Below are positions 1 to 12,209 of a stretch of 64,000 nucleotides of DNA, piece after piece; the first letter of the stretch is position 1, and each line of letters opens with the position of its first letter. The notes under the pieces were generated by a model. That model made no database searches, had not been told where the DNA came from, and saw only the letters and a program-made list of their open reading frames with translations. Position numbers and translations under genes: made by a program. The DNA comes from Octopus bimaculoides (Eukaryota): contig NC_068982.1 in NCBI RefSeq assembly GCF_001194135.2, positions 150,387,248-150,451,247 on the forward strand, in the 5' to 3' direction.

Positions 1-1094
1 ATAAGATGCACAAGTGTGCGTGTGAATATGTTCAGCTATCTCGTGTAGATCAAGCAATTTTTGGCAAATAGATTTTTCATTTGGCGTTAAGTAGATGAAT
101 ACCGAAAGATAGCCAGAACGGTGCTAATGCAGTTTCGTATCTCTCCTTCAAAAATGTCATTATTTTGAAAAAAAAATTTCGTATTCCTATGTCGGAAATT
201 ACGAATATGCAAAGAAAGAAAATTTTGTAATTCCCCCACCTCATCACACTTTTAAATATTTGATTTTGTTTACTTTAAAGAGATCGTAGCGAATTAACGA
301 ACGTGCAAATCGAAATTAAATAGACAAAAACATTGAAGTGAAAAGAATTTGGGCTATTAGCTGTCAGAAGTGAAAGTGCTCACTGCTAGTGAAGTATCTG
401 NNNNNNNNNNAAGTGCTCACTGCTAGTGAAGTATCTGTCTGTCTGCCTGCATGCCTCTGTGTGTCCGTCTGTCTGTCTGCTGGTTTGAGTTGATTTATTT
501 TTTTAACTTATGTGGAGGAACAGGGGACTTATCTTTTAAAGTTGGCGTAAAGCGAAAGAGACAGCAATTGATGTGTGTTGAAGAAGCGTGCGAGACCTAA
601 GTAGGTGAAGTTCTGTTAGTGTGCGTGAAGAGACAGAGGCAACATACACGCAAAATTCCGAATGCAATAAACCATATGTATTTGAGGGGAAATTGTCATA
701 AGCAGGTCACAATATTAACCACAATGAGAAAAGTTGAAACGGTTTATAGTATCTAATCAAGACTAATGATTTATAAACTATAGCCAACACAAGGGAGGTG
801 AAATTGTCATGGACCTAATTATTCAGTACAGCAAACTCAAGAGCGAGAACTGCACAAAAGAGAACTCAGACATCCAAGAAAGGAAGGTGACCGTCACAGA
901 ACACATCTCAGGTGGAAACCGCGAACAAATATGTTCAATACATCATCATTGTTCTCTGGAACATCAAAAGCTGGGTTAAGAGATGAGAATGACAAAAAAG
1001 TAGCTCATGATATATCCTTAATAACTGTGTAAACCTTCTATACATGAACGGGTTTGAGCTATGAAAATATTCTTAATCTGCATTTTCCCCACGT

Positions 1095-1767
1095 NNNNNN
1101 NNNNNNNNNNNNNNNNNNNNNNNNNNNNNNNNNNNNNNNNNNNNNNNNNNNNNNNNNNNNNNNNNNNNNNNNNNNNNNNNNNNNNNNNNNNNNNNNNNNN
1201 NNNNNNNNNNNNNNNNNNNNNNNNNNNNNNNNNNNNNNNNNNNNNNNNNNNNNNNNNNNNNNNNNNNNNNNNNNNNNNNNNNNNNNNNNNNNNNNNNNNN
1301 NNNNNNNNNNNNNNNNNNNNNNNNNNNNNNNNNNNNNNNNNNNNNNNNNNNNNNNNNNNNNNNNNNNNNNNNNNNNNNNNNNNNNNNNNNNNNNNNNNNN
1401 NNNNNNNNNNNNNNNNNNNNNNNNNNNNNNNNNNNNNNNNNNNNNNNNNNNNNNNNNNNNNNNNNNNNNNNNNNNNNNNNNNNNNNNNNNNNNNNNNNNN
1501 NNNNNNNNNNNNNNNNNNNNNNNNNNNNNNNNNNNNNNNNNNNNNNNNNNNNNNNNNNNNNNNNNNNNNNNNNNNNNNNNNNNNNNNNNNNNNNNNNNNN
1601 NNNNNNNNNNNNNNNNNNNNNNNNNNNNNNNNNNNNNNNNNNNNNNNNNNNNNNNNNNNNNNNNNNNNNNNNNNNNNNNNNNNNNNNNNNNNNNNNNNNN
1701 NNNNNNNNNNNNNNNNNNNNNNNNNNNNNNNNNNNNNNNNNNNNNNNNNNNNNNNNNNNNNNNNNNN
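1095..1767. other. Assembly gap (others: 401-410, 2988-2997, 10351-10893)
   Basis: Runs of N. Confidence 1.
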
Positions 1768-2269
1768 AATTATTTCACCTTTTTGTTTTGGTGAAACTTT
1801 CACAAGCTGCGGGGAAAATTTCACTTTCGGGCATAAGGTGGAGGACAGGGTCTTTTTTTTTTTGTTTTTTTAGAATCAACGTAAATTTACCAGAAATAAC
1901 TGAAAGATATCTTTGCAGAAAGGTGAGTAGATTGATTACACAATTTCATTCATTGTTATCAGTTTTGTGAGATTTGGCTGTTGTTTCTAGCATATAAATA
2001 GCCCGCTTGAAGGGGGGTTATTTTTCTTTTGAGAAATTGAAATTTTACATTTTTTTTTTTTCAGAATCAATCTCCATATTTTGTACGTATTTCGCCAGAG
2101 AAAAAAAATTCCGAAAAATGAAGAAACGGAGAGTGGGGAATTTGAAATTTTGAACTTGTGTTTTACAAGTATTCTATTATCAATGTTATTGATAATAACA
2201 TTGTGAAAATAATCTGTACTTACCCATGTGGTAGATTTGTTGATTATTTTCAACTCTGGAAGCAGGACG

Positions 2270-2945
2270 GAAAGCCTGCATGAACTATATTGCTTTAGTT
2301 CTCTTGGGGGCCCCCCACACTCGTTCGATGTTCTGTGTTAACTAACGCGTTTGCCAGATGGACGAAGTTCTGACTATGCTTAATTTGTAAATGCGTATAA
2401 CCTAATTTTGGAGAGAACTATAAGCACCCCAACAGTCACTATAAATAATGGATCCTTGACGGATGTGGCGTTTGATTAACGGGATAAGAATTGAAGCATT
2501 TCGTCTTTCCCCTTCGCCACACTCCAATGACAGAGGTATCAAACTTTACAAGCCTATCTCGGTTGTATTTGCTTCGAACCAAACATAATGAAGGCAAGCT
2601 TCCGAACAGAGAGATCGCCAATCAAAAGACGTGGCAAGTGTTGTATCTAAATTTTCCATAACAGATTTATGTGGCCAATTTTCTGTTAGGAAATTATTAA
2701 CTTCCACGCTCCAAAAATGTGTTCTTTAGGATAGACACTGAAAACACACATTCTGTTTTCCTTCGTCTCCAACGACGAACCATCTTCCAACATCGAAACA
2801 TATTAGCCCCATTACCGAACAATGCAAGGTGAATTACAAGTTGGGCAATTCACAGATGCAGGAATCTCGGCCCTCAATATAGTGTATTCCTGTAAAAAAC
2901 AGAAAATATGCCAAAGGGGGTTCGTCCATGATTTTTACCTCCACT
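2270..2945 (-). mobile_element. Merlin (IS1595/ISXO2-like) DNA transposon relic with one 22-bp TIR
   Basis: Frameshifted minus-strand peptides: CPTCNSPC and FRCW...SILKNTFLE (N-terminal Zn region), RSKYNRDRL, ILIPLIKRHIRQGSIIYSDCWGAYSSL, GYTHLQIKHSQNFVH, and NIERVW-like. The terminus 2924-2945 matches the TIR of 10015-11121 at 18/22. Confidence 0.8.
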
Positions 2946-3756
2946 GAATATATATATATATATATATAAAGTAAAAAGTACACTCGGNNNNNNNNNNTAT
3001 ATATATAAAGTAAAAAGTACACTCGGTATTTAGGGTTAGGGTTATAGCTACTTAGGCTCGCCAGATAGTCTCCTTCATGCAATTCATATACGAGTGTTTC
3101 CGTAGTTTTATAGAGAGTCCATGTGCTACACATAAGAGCGAACTAAGCCACGTGGTCGCACAACGAACTTGCAACACCGAGCCATGTCGGCGTCTATAAT
3201 CAATATATACTCATGAGGAAAACTACATCCATGATTTGATTATTAAAGAATAATTTCAGCGGAATGGGTGATAATGGAAAGCATTATTTGAAAAATCATT
3301 TTTCCGAAACAACCATAAAGAATTGTACTTTCTAACCAAATCATCCCTTCAATAGCAGATTCCGTTTTTCGTTCACGGTAACTGACGTTTTGGTATGTTG
3401 CAACATCTAAATTCTCAGTACGCCAATTAAGAAACAAAGCGGAAAAGGTGACGTTCTAGCATACCCATGTATAGCTAAGACAAGTGAGGCGCTAAAAACG
3501 TGCGAAAGCAAATTGTTTAGTACTGCACTAATAATTTTTACAAGGTTTTACAAAATTATTAAAATTCAATCAAAAACATTCACCACGTGTTATGATTAAG
3601 AATCTTGTAACAATAAAATAATATAATCATTAAAATAAAATATTCATAGCTCTTGCTGCAGATATTAATTCTATCTAATATTTTAAATGACTATATTTCA
3701 ATATTCGTTCACAAGATAATTGCTACCATGAATGAATGTGTGACAAAACAGGAGCG

Positions 3757-4062
3757 ATACTTACGCGACGTTAACTCGGAGACGGACACCAGTGAAAAGG
3801 ATGATTGAATGAGATACCGGAAGTTCGTAGATAAGCACAAACCAATGAAAGTAAGATAAAAGCAGTATTTGTTAAAATACATAGATAAACTACTATTGTA
3901 ATTAAATAAATATTTTTAAATATTACAAATACTTATAGTGCGTAATAAAGTAAAATACTTTCATTTGAGAAAATATATCCAAGTTAAATTATTTTGCGTG
4001 ATACTAGCCCGTGTTTCTGAAGTCACTTCCGGAATAATGTTAGCCCCCTCCCTCTTCCCGCC
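3757..4062 (-). promoter_or_regulatory. Candidate promoter and short non-coding first exon (minus strand; possibly bidirectional)
   Basis: CpG-retaining stretch. ETS-like ACCGGAAGT at 3816-3824 and CACTTCCGG at 4024-4032; TTCCCGCC at 4055-4062. On the minus strand, Inr-like TCATTC at 3812-3807 and donor GTAAGTAT at 3764-3757. Motif evidence only. Confidence 0.35.
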
Positions 4063-4899
4063 CTCAGAAATGTTTAAATAAACTCTTTTCGGTACGAGTT
4101 TAATTTTCAGTTTTTGCTCGAATAAATCCGTTTTTATTTTTTAAATTCTTTTCAGCCTTGCAGCCACTTAGAGTATGTGCGGGTACAGAAGAAACTAACT
4201 TTTAAGTAAAATAATTTAAGAGTACGAAGTACTAAAGATTCAAGTCAGTCTTAAAACCCAATACCGAAAGTAGAAGAGAGGTTCGCCACTCTAGCGAGTC
4301 TTACTGGATTCGTAAACCTTCGGCGCTTCTTCGTTTCTAAAGCTCATGAAAGTGAAAAGTATTTAACTTGTCGAATATGATTTCAAAAGAAATAAAAAAC
4401 CTTTTAGGTACAGTAAAATAGTGGTCAGTATTGTACAGTTTAGATGCTCTGGAAGCATCTAATACGATATTTCAGTGAAGCAATCAAAATTGTTGGCCTC
4501 GTGTTTTATCAGAAGCTATTATTTAAATAGGATGCACCAAATATTTCATGATTACCTTCTTATTTCGTGTGAACAAAGCTTCGAATGTAAAAAGTTTACA
4601 GCAAATACACGATATGTTATTACTTTTAGGCAAAATAATAGTTTTTATTGTTTCATCACACTCGATGACTGTGTTTCGCTGAGACAGTCATTTGCTAGAA
4701 AACTCGGCGATAAAACAGAAGTAGAAGAATTGTTTTCTTTGGAGTGATATAAAAGTAATAAAAACTTTGTGACAAAATGGTGATAGTGAAATAATTTTTA
4801 AATGCTTTGAGTTATTTTATAATTTATTTAATAATAAACTAGAACATAAGGATTAGGCATCATAATACGGTTGAAAGGATTTAACAAATTGTGCACTTG

Positions 4900-5600
4900 T
4901 TTCTAAGTAAATTCCTAGAAACAAAGAATATGATTGCCTGAGGTACTATACATGGTTGGAAATTTTCTTTTACATTACTCCATGTCTTTTGAATTATGTT
5001 TGTGTGGACAGATTTCTTGTGTTTAGAAAATAGTCTCATGATTTGGTCACCACACCAACAATCAGTTACAATACATGTAGCTGGTAACACTTGATCAGTC
5101 TTGAGTGGCAATAAAGTAATGCAGATATCGATCAGGGACAGGCACAAGGACACACTTAAGGGTCATGCGTTCCCCCATACCGAGAATTCTCGATAATAAC
5201 TACACTGGGATTTACAGTTCATGAACTTCGACTCTTCTGTTTCTACGATTATATTGTTTCTACCAATCTGTACAGGGTGATCAATACACTAAATAGCACA
5301 TACATTTCAAAAAGGTTATACCAGAACTGTTGTTTCTCTACTGACACTAAAATGCTTCATAACAACATATTGTTTACTGTCAAGTGCTAAACCAATAAAT
5401 ATATTCTACTACAGATGACACTATGGGATATGAGACTCGAAGAAAGAATCATGTCTAATACTTTGGTACTGTCTGCATACATAACGCCTCCAGGTTTTTC
5501 CATCAGAACATGTGTGGCTATTCACAAACACAGTGAGTTATTAGAACATACTACTGAATCATGAACTAATGTTAACAATACAAAAAACCGTTGTCCTCCT
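4900..5600 (-). pseudogene. Second, distinct Merlin/ISXO2-like transposase relic
   Basis: Minus-strand peptides DGKTWRR..SIRHDSFFESHIP, VSRETT, QIGRNNIIVETEESKF, KCVLVPVPDR, TLLPL..QVLPATCIVTDCW and HTNIIQKTWSNVK follow DDE_Tnp_IS1595 motif order. Many stops and frameshifts; no TIR found. Confidence 0.7.
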
Positions 5601-5659
5601 ACACAGATATTGGCACCGCTAAACAACATTATCCTATCAGTTCACAAATGCGCCAGCTC

Positions 5660-7320
5660 ATTCAAGTCTTTTTAGGATTTAAGACTCATCAGCAAAATCT
5701 AAGTCAATAATCCTAGTTTCACCAATGAGAGCACCACAACTCAATCCAGTCACCATTCAGCCAAGTATCCAATCCATGCAGGTATTGGAGAGAATGGCAG
5801 CCCAGACATAACCCTGGTGGACCCCAGATGCAATTGGAAAAAAGTCAGAGGTTGAGCCTCCAATCCGAACTGCACAGATTGTTCTGGTGTACAAGGCTAT
5901 CATTAGCCCAATCAGTTGAAGAGGTATACCGCCAGCTCCAGAATCCTTCAAAGCACATACCTGTCCGCTGAGTCAAATACCTTGCGGAAGTTGGCACAGG
6001 TTGCAAGCATCCCCAACCAAAGGCTCTGCTTGTGTTCAATGAGTACATGAACAGACAGGATATTGTCAGCACTTTACCTCTTCAGTCTGAATCCTAACTG
6101 CTCCCACCGTTGAGACGCCAGCAGATGATTTCACACTCTGTTAAGGATAACACTCGTAAAAACCTCATTGGGCACTGAGATGAGTGTAACAGCATTATAA
6201 TTGTTGCAGTTATGAAGGTCACATTTACTTTTTCAGCATGGGATAATTATGCCCCTCTTCCAGTCAAGCAGTATGATGCTGGATTGAGCAGATGATCTGC
6301 TGCAAGAATAAGACTACAGCAGTCCTGCTTTTCTTGATCATCCACCGATGGATGCTACAAACACTGGCTGCCTTCCTGCCCTTCAGCTGATTTACCACCA
6401 TACAAATCTCGTCATCAGACGGCAGATCACAGCTGACTTGTTGGTTGGTCATCAGTGCTGAAGTCATTATGGTATTCAGATCAGTACTGGGTCCACCTTG
6501 ACACTTCTGTCAGAAGTGTGCCATGAGAATTCAAGACTCCAGAACACCAAGGGGAAGGTTTCACCTCACTGAGTATGGCAATTCTTCTGTAGGCAGTACC
6601 TGAGATGAACGTGTGAAACTGACTTTTGACCTTGCAAATTTCTCGGATTTGCTGTTTTTGTTGAATCTCAGCCTCCAAAGCAAATCACTAGGGGCTCTAC
6701 CCAGTCTCACCCTGCAACTACGCTCCACCAATGTGAGTGTCTCCCTGGAAAGGAAAAGTTTCCTGACCCGATTTTGGAGACTGATACATTTCCTAACAGT
6801 TGACGGAAGTGTTCCTGTAAATTTCCCTCATTCCCACAGGATCAAATGATGAGTTAGCCCCAAATAGCACAGATCCAATTTGCTGCAAATAAATCTTGCT
6901 TATACTGTTGTCTTTCAGCCTTTCAACATCCAATCTGGGACTGGCTGTGTTCAACTTCTTAAACTTCAGTCGCAATCTCAATACAGCCACAAGTCTATGG
7001 CCGGTGCCCAAGAAACTAGCACTCCAGAAATCTTTGCAATTCTGTAGGAGTCTCCAGTAGCTATCTACAAGTACATGGTCAATCTCCTTTGCCTCACGAC
7101 CTGTATTGGTATATCAGGTCCAGCGATGCAGCTTAGAACGTTGGTACCAGGAGCCAACAATGCGATGTCCATGGTTTTTGTAAAAATCCAGGAGCATCAC
7201 ATCACCTTTGTTCCAAGCCCTGGATTCAAAAGGGTCTCTGGTCCTCCCGCTCCTGCTCTACACTTGTGAGACTTGAACACTGTCCGGGGCCCTTAGGACT
7301 TGTCTTAATTTTGGCACCAG
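5660..7320 (-). mobile_element. RTE-clade LINE fragment (endonuclease + reverse transcriptase), degraded
   Basis: Endonuclease end AKEIDHVLVD..WRLLQNC..GHRLVAVLRLRLK; RT motifs CNNY..VTLISVP, GIPLQLIGL..ALYT..SGVHQG..NTCMDWILG and DLDFAD. Confidence 0.8.
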
Positions 7321-7499
7321 AATGCTTTGCAGGATTATGGGTTACCATTTCTTCAACACATAAATAATTTTAAAATAAACTTTCATTTTCAAATAAAACA
7401 TCCTCGCCAGTTCATTTCATTTCATTGCAATTTAAGTTCCATTTTATTATGCCAGCATCAGTGGTTTCCATCTCTGGATGATAAAACGGAACATCACCC

Positions 7500-8820
7500 A
7501 TTCGACTTTGTCCTGATAATGGTGAAGATACGAATCAACACACATAATTTCCACATCAACAGTGACGTAGACAGCCTTTACTTAAAACGAAAACAAGGGG
7601 CAGAGGTTTAACATCAACAGACTGCTCTTGAATGTCGAATCATATCACTTTGGTAACATCTTTTAAGCACCAGTGTAGAAGTGCATCCCTTGACCAAGGT
7701 TGCTAACATTGTGAGACTTGGAAAGCAGATCCTAGAGCAGTATTCCCTATCTGATAACCTTAAATGCATACCCAAAGAAATCGCATGACTCAACCGCAAT
7801 GTATCATCAGATACAAGGATGAGTGTATATCAGCAGAAGACCATGCATGGATATGCTAATAGAAAGCTCCGGGATGATAGCAACATTGATCATCAAAGCA
7901 GTCTATCATAGACCAACAACTGGATTACTAACTCCCACTTTGAAGGGTATGCATTTGCAATCCAGGGACAAGAAATATCAACCAAATACCTAATGCACAA
8001 AAGGGACAGAGATGCAGGAAAAGTAGCAAAATGTGATAACCGATGCAGATTTTGTGGAGTTAAAACTGAAGCAGTTGTCCGAAAATGTCATCATGGTGTT
8101 ATCTGCCAATCAGACATAATATTGAAGCTAGGACACTCTATAATGAGATCCATTGGAAGGATAACCCCAGCATCAAAGAAATAAGAACTTACAGTATGAT
8201 AGAAGCCATTGCCACTCACAATACAAAGGAGTACTAGTGGAATGTCCCAGTGAAAACTTCAATAAAATGTAAACATAATAGACATGACATAATTTGGGAT
8301 AGAGAAGAGAAATTGTGTATAGTTGTTGAAATCAGCTGCCCAGTGGATGTTAACATAAAGCTAAAGATCAGCGATAAAGAAAATACCTATGCCGATCTAT
8401 CGAGGAATCTACACCACTCTATCCAGATTACAAGTTCAGGTTTATACCTGTAATTATTGGGATACTAGAATATGTAACACACCACCTATATACCAATCTT
8501 CAGAAATTAGGTTTCTCAAAACCAGAAAGGAGAAAGCTGATTGAAGACTACAGATCCAAGCCATCACAGGAACTGTAAAAATCTGTAAAATTTTCCAGAA
8601 GTTTATCATTTAAATATATATGAGCATGTCTAGACATGCAACTACATGCATAAGAATGCATACATAAAACAAAACATAGTAATCTGCACATATACATACA
8701 TACACACACACACATACCCTATTGATGTTGTGGAAATTCCAATGAAGGAAGCTTGGATCTAGGTTAGAAACTAGCTCTTTCTCTATTGGCAAGAAATTTG
8801 AAGTAAAATTGAATAATGAC
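7500..8820 (+). mobile_element. R4/Dong-like (restriction-like endonuclease type) non-LTR retrotransposon 3' portion
   Basis: Broken frame reads LYLKRKQG.RG, FEGYAFAIQ.QEISTKYLMHKRDRD, CDNRCRFC (Zn knuckle), HNRHD.IIWDREEKLC.VVEISCPVDVN, and GTVKICK ending in a stop near 8611. About 200 nt of 3' UTR follows, then (CATA)n at 8824-8844. Confidence 0.75.
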
Positions 8821-10014
8821 AGACATACATACATACATACATACACCCATCTTTTATCTTTTACTTGTTTCAGTCGTTAGACCATGGTCAACTTTGTTTC
8901 AATTAAAGTGTATTTTATGTGTGTGTGTATATATACATATATGTATTAAAGAAAGCAAAAAATAAAACAAAAATGTTAGTGTTCAGTATGTTGGCGATGA
9001 GACATGGTTAAACAAAGTTGTACATCATCTCCCTCTTTCTCTCTTATTATTACTCCCACTGCCACCATCAACATACTACTTTTAATAAAAATCAACTATC
9101 CCTAAATTTCTTTGTCTCTCTTTCTCTCTCTGTTTGTCTTCGCCACCGCCCTCTTTTACTCTCACCCTAGCACGAGGAAGTGTCAGTGAATAGTGAGAGA
9201 GGAGGGCAAAGTGTTACACACAAATTAGTTTTTGCATTTATTATATTAGATATTTCTTAGTTGTAGTGCACCTAACTGTTTTCATATTTCATATATATAT
9301 ATATATATATAGACAATATTAAAATAAGGACACATTCGCACACGCAAATATATATATATTCATTTATTCACTTCAAGCTGTTTAAAGTATGTACTTCCAG
9401 TTTATCTCTCCACGTGGTACTTTCAGGTCTCTTTGAAATCGTCCTACTCTCATTCATTTCTCTCCCCTTTAGCAGTTCGCTTGGTAAGTTGAGTATAAAT
9501 CTGCTTCATTTTGATCATTCATCTCGTAATTTTTAAAAAGAGACAAAGTATATATCCACCATTTACTTACATTCTGATTTCCTATAGTGTAAAACAGTTA
9601 TATTTCCCCGTATCGTTCAGTTAATTTTCGTTATTACGTTGTACTTTCAAAACTTTGCACTCAACGAAAATTTACGCGAAGGCTTCTGTCAACATGGCCG
9701 TCGGCCTTTTATTTCGAACAAATGGCCAGCATTTTTTAGTATAAAAGAAAATAATGTACTTTTTTAAATATTGGAAATTCCTTAATGTGGTCAGAGTGAT
9801 TAGTTCAATAGAATTCAAGGCTGGAAAAATCTGGAAACCATAAACGAAACGATACCCATTTTAGCAAAGGGATTCAGTTTATTTTTATTTCATACAGTTA
9901 AAAATATTTGGCTGTTTTCTTCAGGTAAAAAGCCGAATGAATTAAGCGTACACAAGCTTAAGATACAGAATAGTGGTTCAAACGATATTCTGGTTTTTCT
10001 GAGATTGATCATTC

Positions 10015-11121
10015 GGCAGAAGTAAAGATCATGGACCGCGCCCATCCCCTTTGGGATTTTTTTTTTTTTTTTACAGGAACACACTATATCGAGGGCGAAA
10101 ATTCCGAATCTGCATTTCAAAATTTAAATCCCCACCCAAAATTCTTAAATTTTCACTTAAAAAGCGGGGGGGCGAAATACAGAGATTGATTCTGAAAAAA
10201 TAAACACCCCCTCCCCTCCGTCCTATGACAAGAAGTGAAATTAGTGTTTTCTCAACTAATGCTTCACGCATGCATAAAATTATAAAATAGACGCAAAAAG
10301 TATCTAAACAGAAAACCTGACATCCTAGAAACACGTTCTCAAAATTTTAANNNNNNNNNNNNNNNNNNNNNNNNNNNNNNNNNNNNNNNNNNNNNNNNNN
10401 NNNNNNNNNNNNNNNNNNNNNNNNNNNNNNNNNNNNNNNNNNNNNNNNNNNNNNNNNNNNNNNNNNNNNNNNNNNNNNNNNNNNNNNNNNNNNNNNNNNN
10501 NNNNNNNNNNNNNNNNNNNNNNNNNNNNNNNNNNNNNNNNNNNNNNNNNNNNNNNNNNNNNNNNNNNNNNNNNNNNNNNNNNNNNNNNNNNNNNNNNNNN
10601 NNNNNNNNNNNNNNNNNNNNNNNNNNNNNNNNNNNNNNNNNNNNNNNNNNNNNNNNNNNNNNNNNNNNNNNNNNNNNNNNNNNNNNNNNNNNNNNNNNNN
10701 NNNNNNNNNNNNNNNNNNNNNNNNNNNNNNNNNNNNNNNNNNNNNNNNNNNNNNNNNNNNNNNNNNNNNNNNNNNNNNNNNNNNNNNNNNNNNNNNNNNN
10801 NNNNNNNNNNNNNNNNNNNNNNNNNNNNNNNNNNNNNNNNNNNNNNNNNNNNNNNNNNNNNNNNNNNNNNNNNNNNNNNNNNNNNNNNNNNNNCAAAAAC
10901 CATCTTTTCAAATTTTTTAATTTTAACTTTTTTTCGGGGAGCGGGGAATTGAAAATTTTGAAAATATGGTTTTTAGCATATTCAGAATCTCTGTCATCGA
11001 AAACAGGAATCCACTGAAAAAAAAAAAAAAAGGTCAATTTTTTTTTCGTGCCGATGTATTTGTTAGACATTAACCGAAAAAAACCGCAAAGGGGCTGCTG
11101 TCCATGATCTTTACTTCCGCC
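10015..11121 (+). mobile_element. Non-autonomous Merlin-family element (contains an N gap)
   Basis: 22-bp TIRs GGC[A/G]GAAGTAAAGATCATGGAC (21/22) at 10015-10036 and 11100-11121. 8-bp TSD GATCATTC / AATCATTC. The first ~100 nt are homologous to the terminus of the Merlin relic at 2945. Confidence 0.8.
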
Positions 11122-11957
11122 AATCATTCTTTAATTTTTTTGCGCGTAGGTTTTGCTGTTACATTGTCGAAGCCAATAGATGAGCGAAGTTACCGCTATC
11201 TCTGGGCAGGGTTTTCTTTTTTCTCATTGGCAGGGTCCTCTGAACAAACGTAGTACACATTAGAGTACTTATCTCATTCATCATATCTGATATCTAAGCA
11301 AAGTCTATCCAAATGTAAGACAAATATCATTGCTTCCTCTCATCTACTGCTGCACTCAGTCAAAATAGAAAAGCTCTACTTAGTTGTAAGAACCAGATTT
11401 CCCTCAAATCAATGGAAGGACATAGGGGATGAAGTAGCTCTGGATACATTGAAAAGTAAAGACAATGTTCGCGACTGGAATTTCTCCTAACTATAATTCT
11501 CAGCGTTCCTTGTAACGGACATTACCCTTTACATAAATTTTATAAATACTCAGGCTAAATATCAGCCTACAGAAGATTAGTTAAGGACACTGACCCCTAT
11601 AAATATTACTATTGATGTGACAAAAGTCTGAATGTACTGTGCAATTCATGTTCGAGCAGTCTTTATTAGTTGAATGACTGTGTATAATAATTGCTAAATT
11701 ATATTAGGCAAAGTCTTATACACTAAAATGTAATGTCAGGTACTTTGCATACTATATAAGACCTTGCTACAACCATTATACCTGTATGTGTAAATTTTAA
11801 AATCTAACATCTAATTGTTATAGTTGGATATTATTTTATATTTTAGGTAATACCGACTGAGCAAAATATCCAGGATGGGTGGATATCCCGTGAAATGACA
11901 GTTTTCTTGAAAATATTCCTATATCAGTTTCAAAACTAATTTGCCTTGAGTTTAAAA

Positions 11958-12019
11958 CAGTGGTTCCCAACCTTTTCACTACCAAGGACCCCTTTTATTT
12001 AAATGAGTTGGGAACTTGT
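11958..12019. mobile_element. hAT/Charlie-like MITE stub
   Basis: Starts CAGTGGTTCCCAACC, like the TIR of 38355-38664; only a degenerate partner GTTGGGAAC nearby. Confidence 0.35.
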
Positions 12020-12209
12020 TTAAAATATGTGCAAGAACAACAGTTGTTTTTAATCTAGTTTTGTTTGCAATTTGAGGTGTTTTACATTTGTTTTGTTTGC
12101 AATTTACAAATCTTGGTTGAATTAAATTCACCTCAAGTTCAAATCTCACGAGATTAGATTTGTACAACTAATTGTAAAGTGCTATACACTTTGTGTTTTC
12201 ACACCCCAT

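Noticed and set aside
374-437. 27-bp tandem duplication around a 10-N gap (same pattern at 2959-3026)
   Set aside because: Identical sequence on both sides of a fixed 10-N spacer is a scaffolding overlap artefact, not biology.
640-1020. KPYVFEGK.. resembling a C2H2 zinc-finger linker
   Set aside because: No Cys/His spacing, stops in all frames and no splice support.
1018-1873. Long ORFs in the track (also 10325-11127)
   Set aside because: They are open only because they run through N gaps.
4440-4462. Perfect 9-bp hairpin TTAGATGCT-CTGGA-AGCATCTAA
   Set aside because: Short and AT-rich; no adjacent Helitron CTRR end or ncRNA context.
9400-9730. GTAAGT donor near 9484, E-box CCACGTGG and YY1-like AACATGGC: possible plus-strand first exon
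   Set aside because: I found no downstream coding exon; motifs alone are insufficient.
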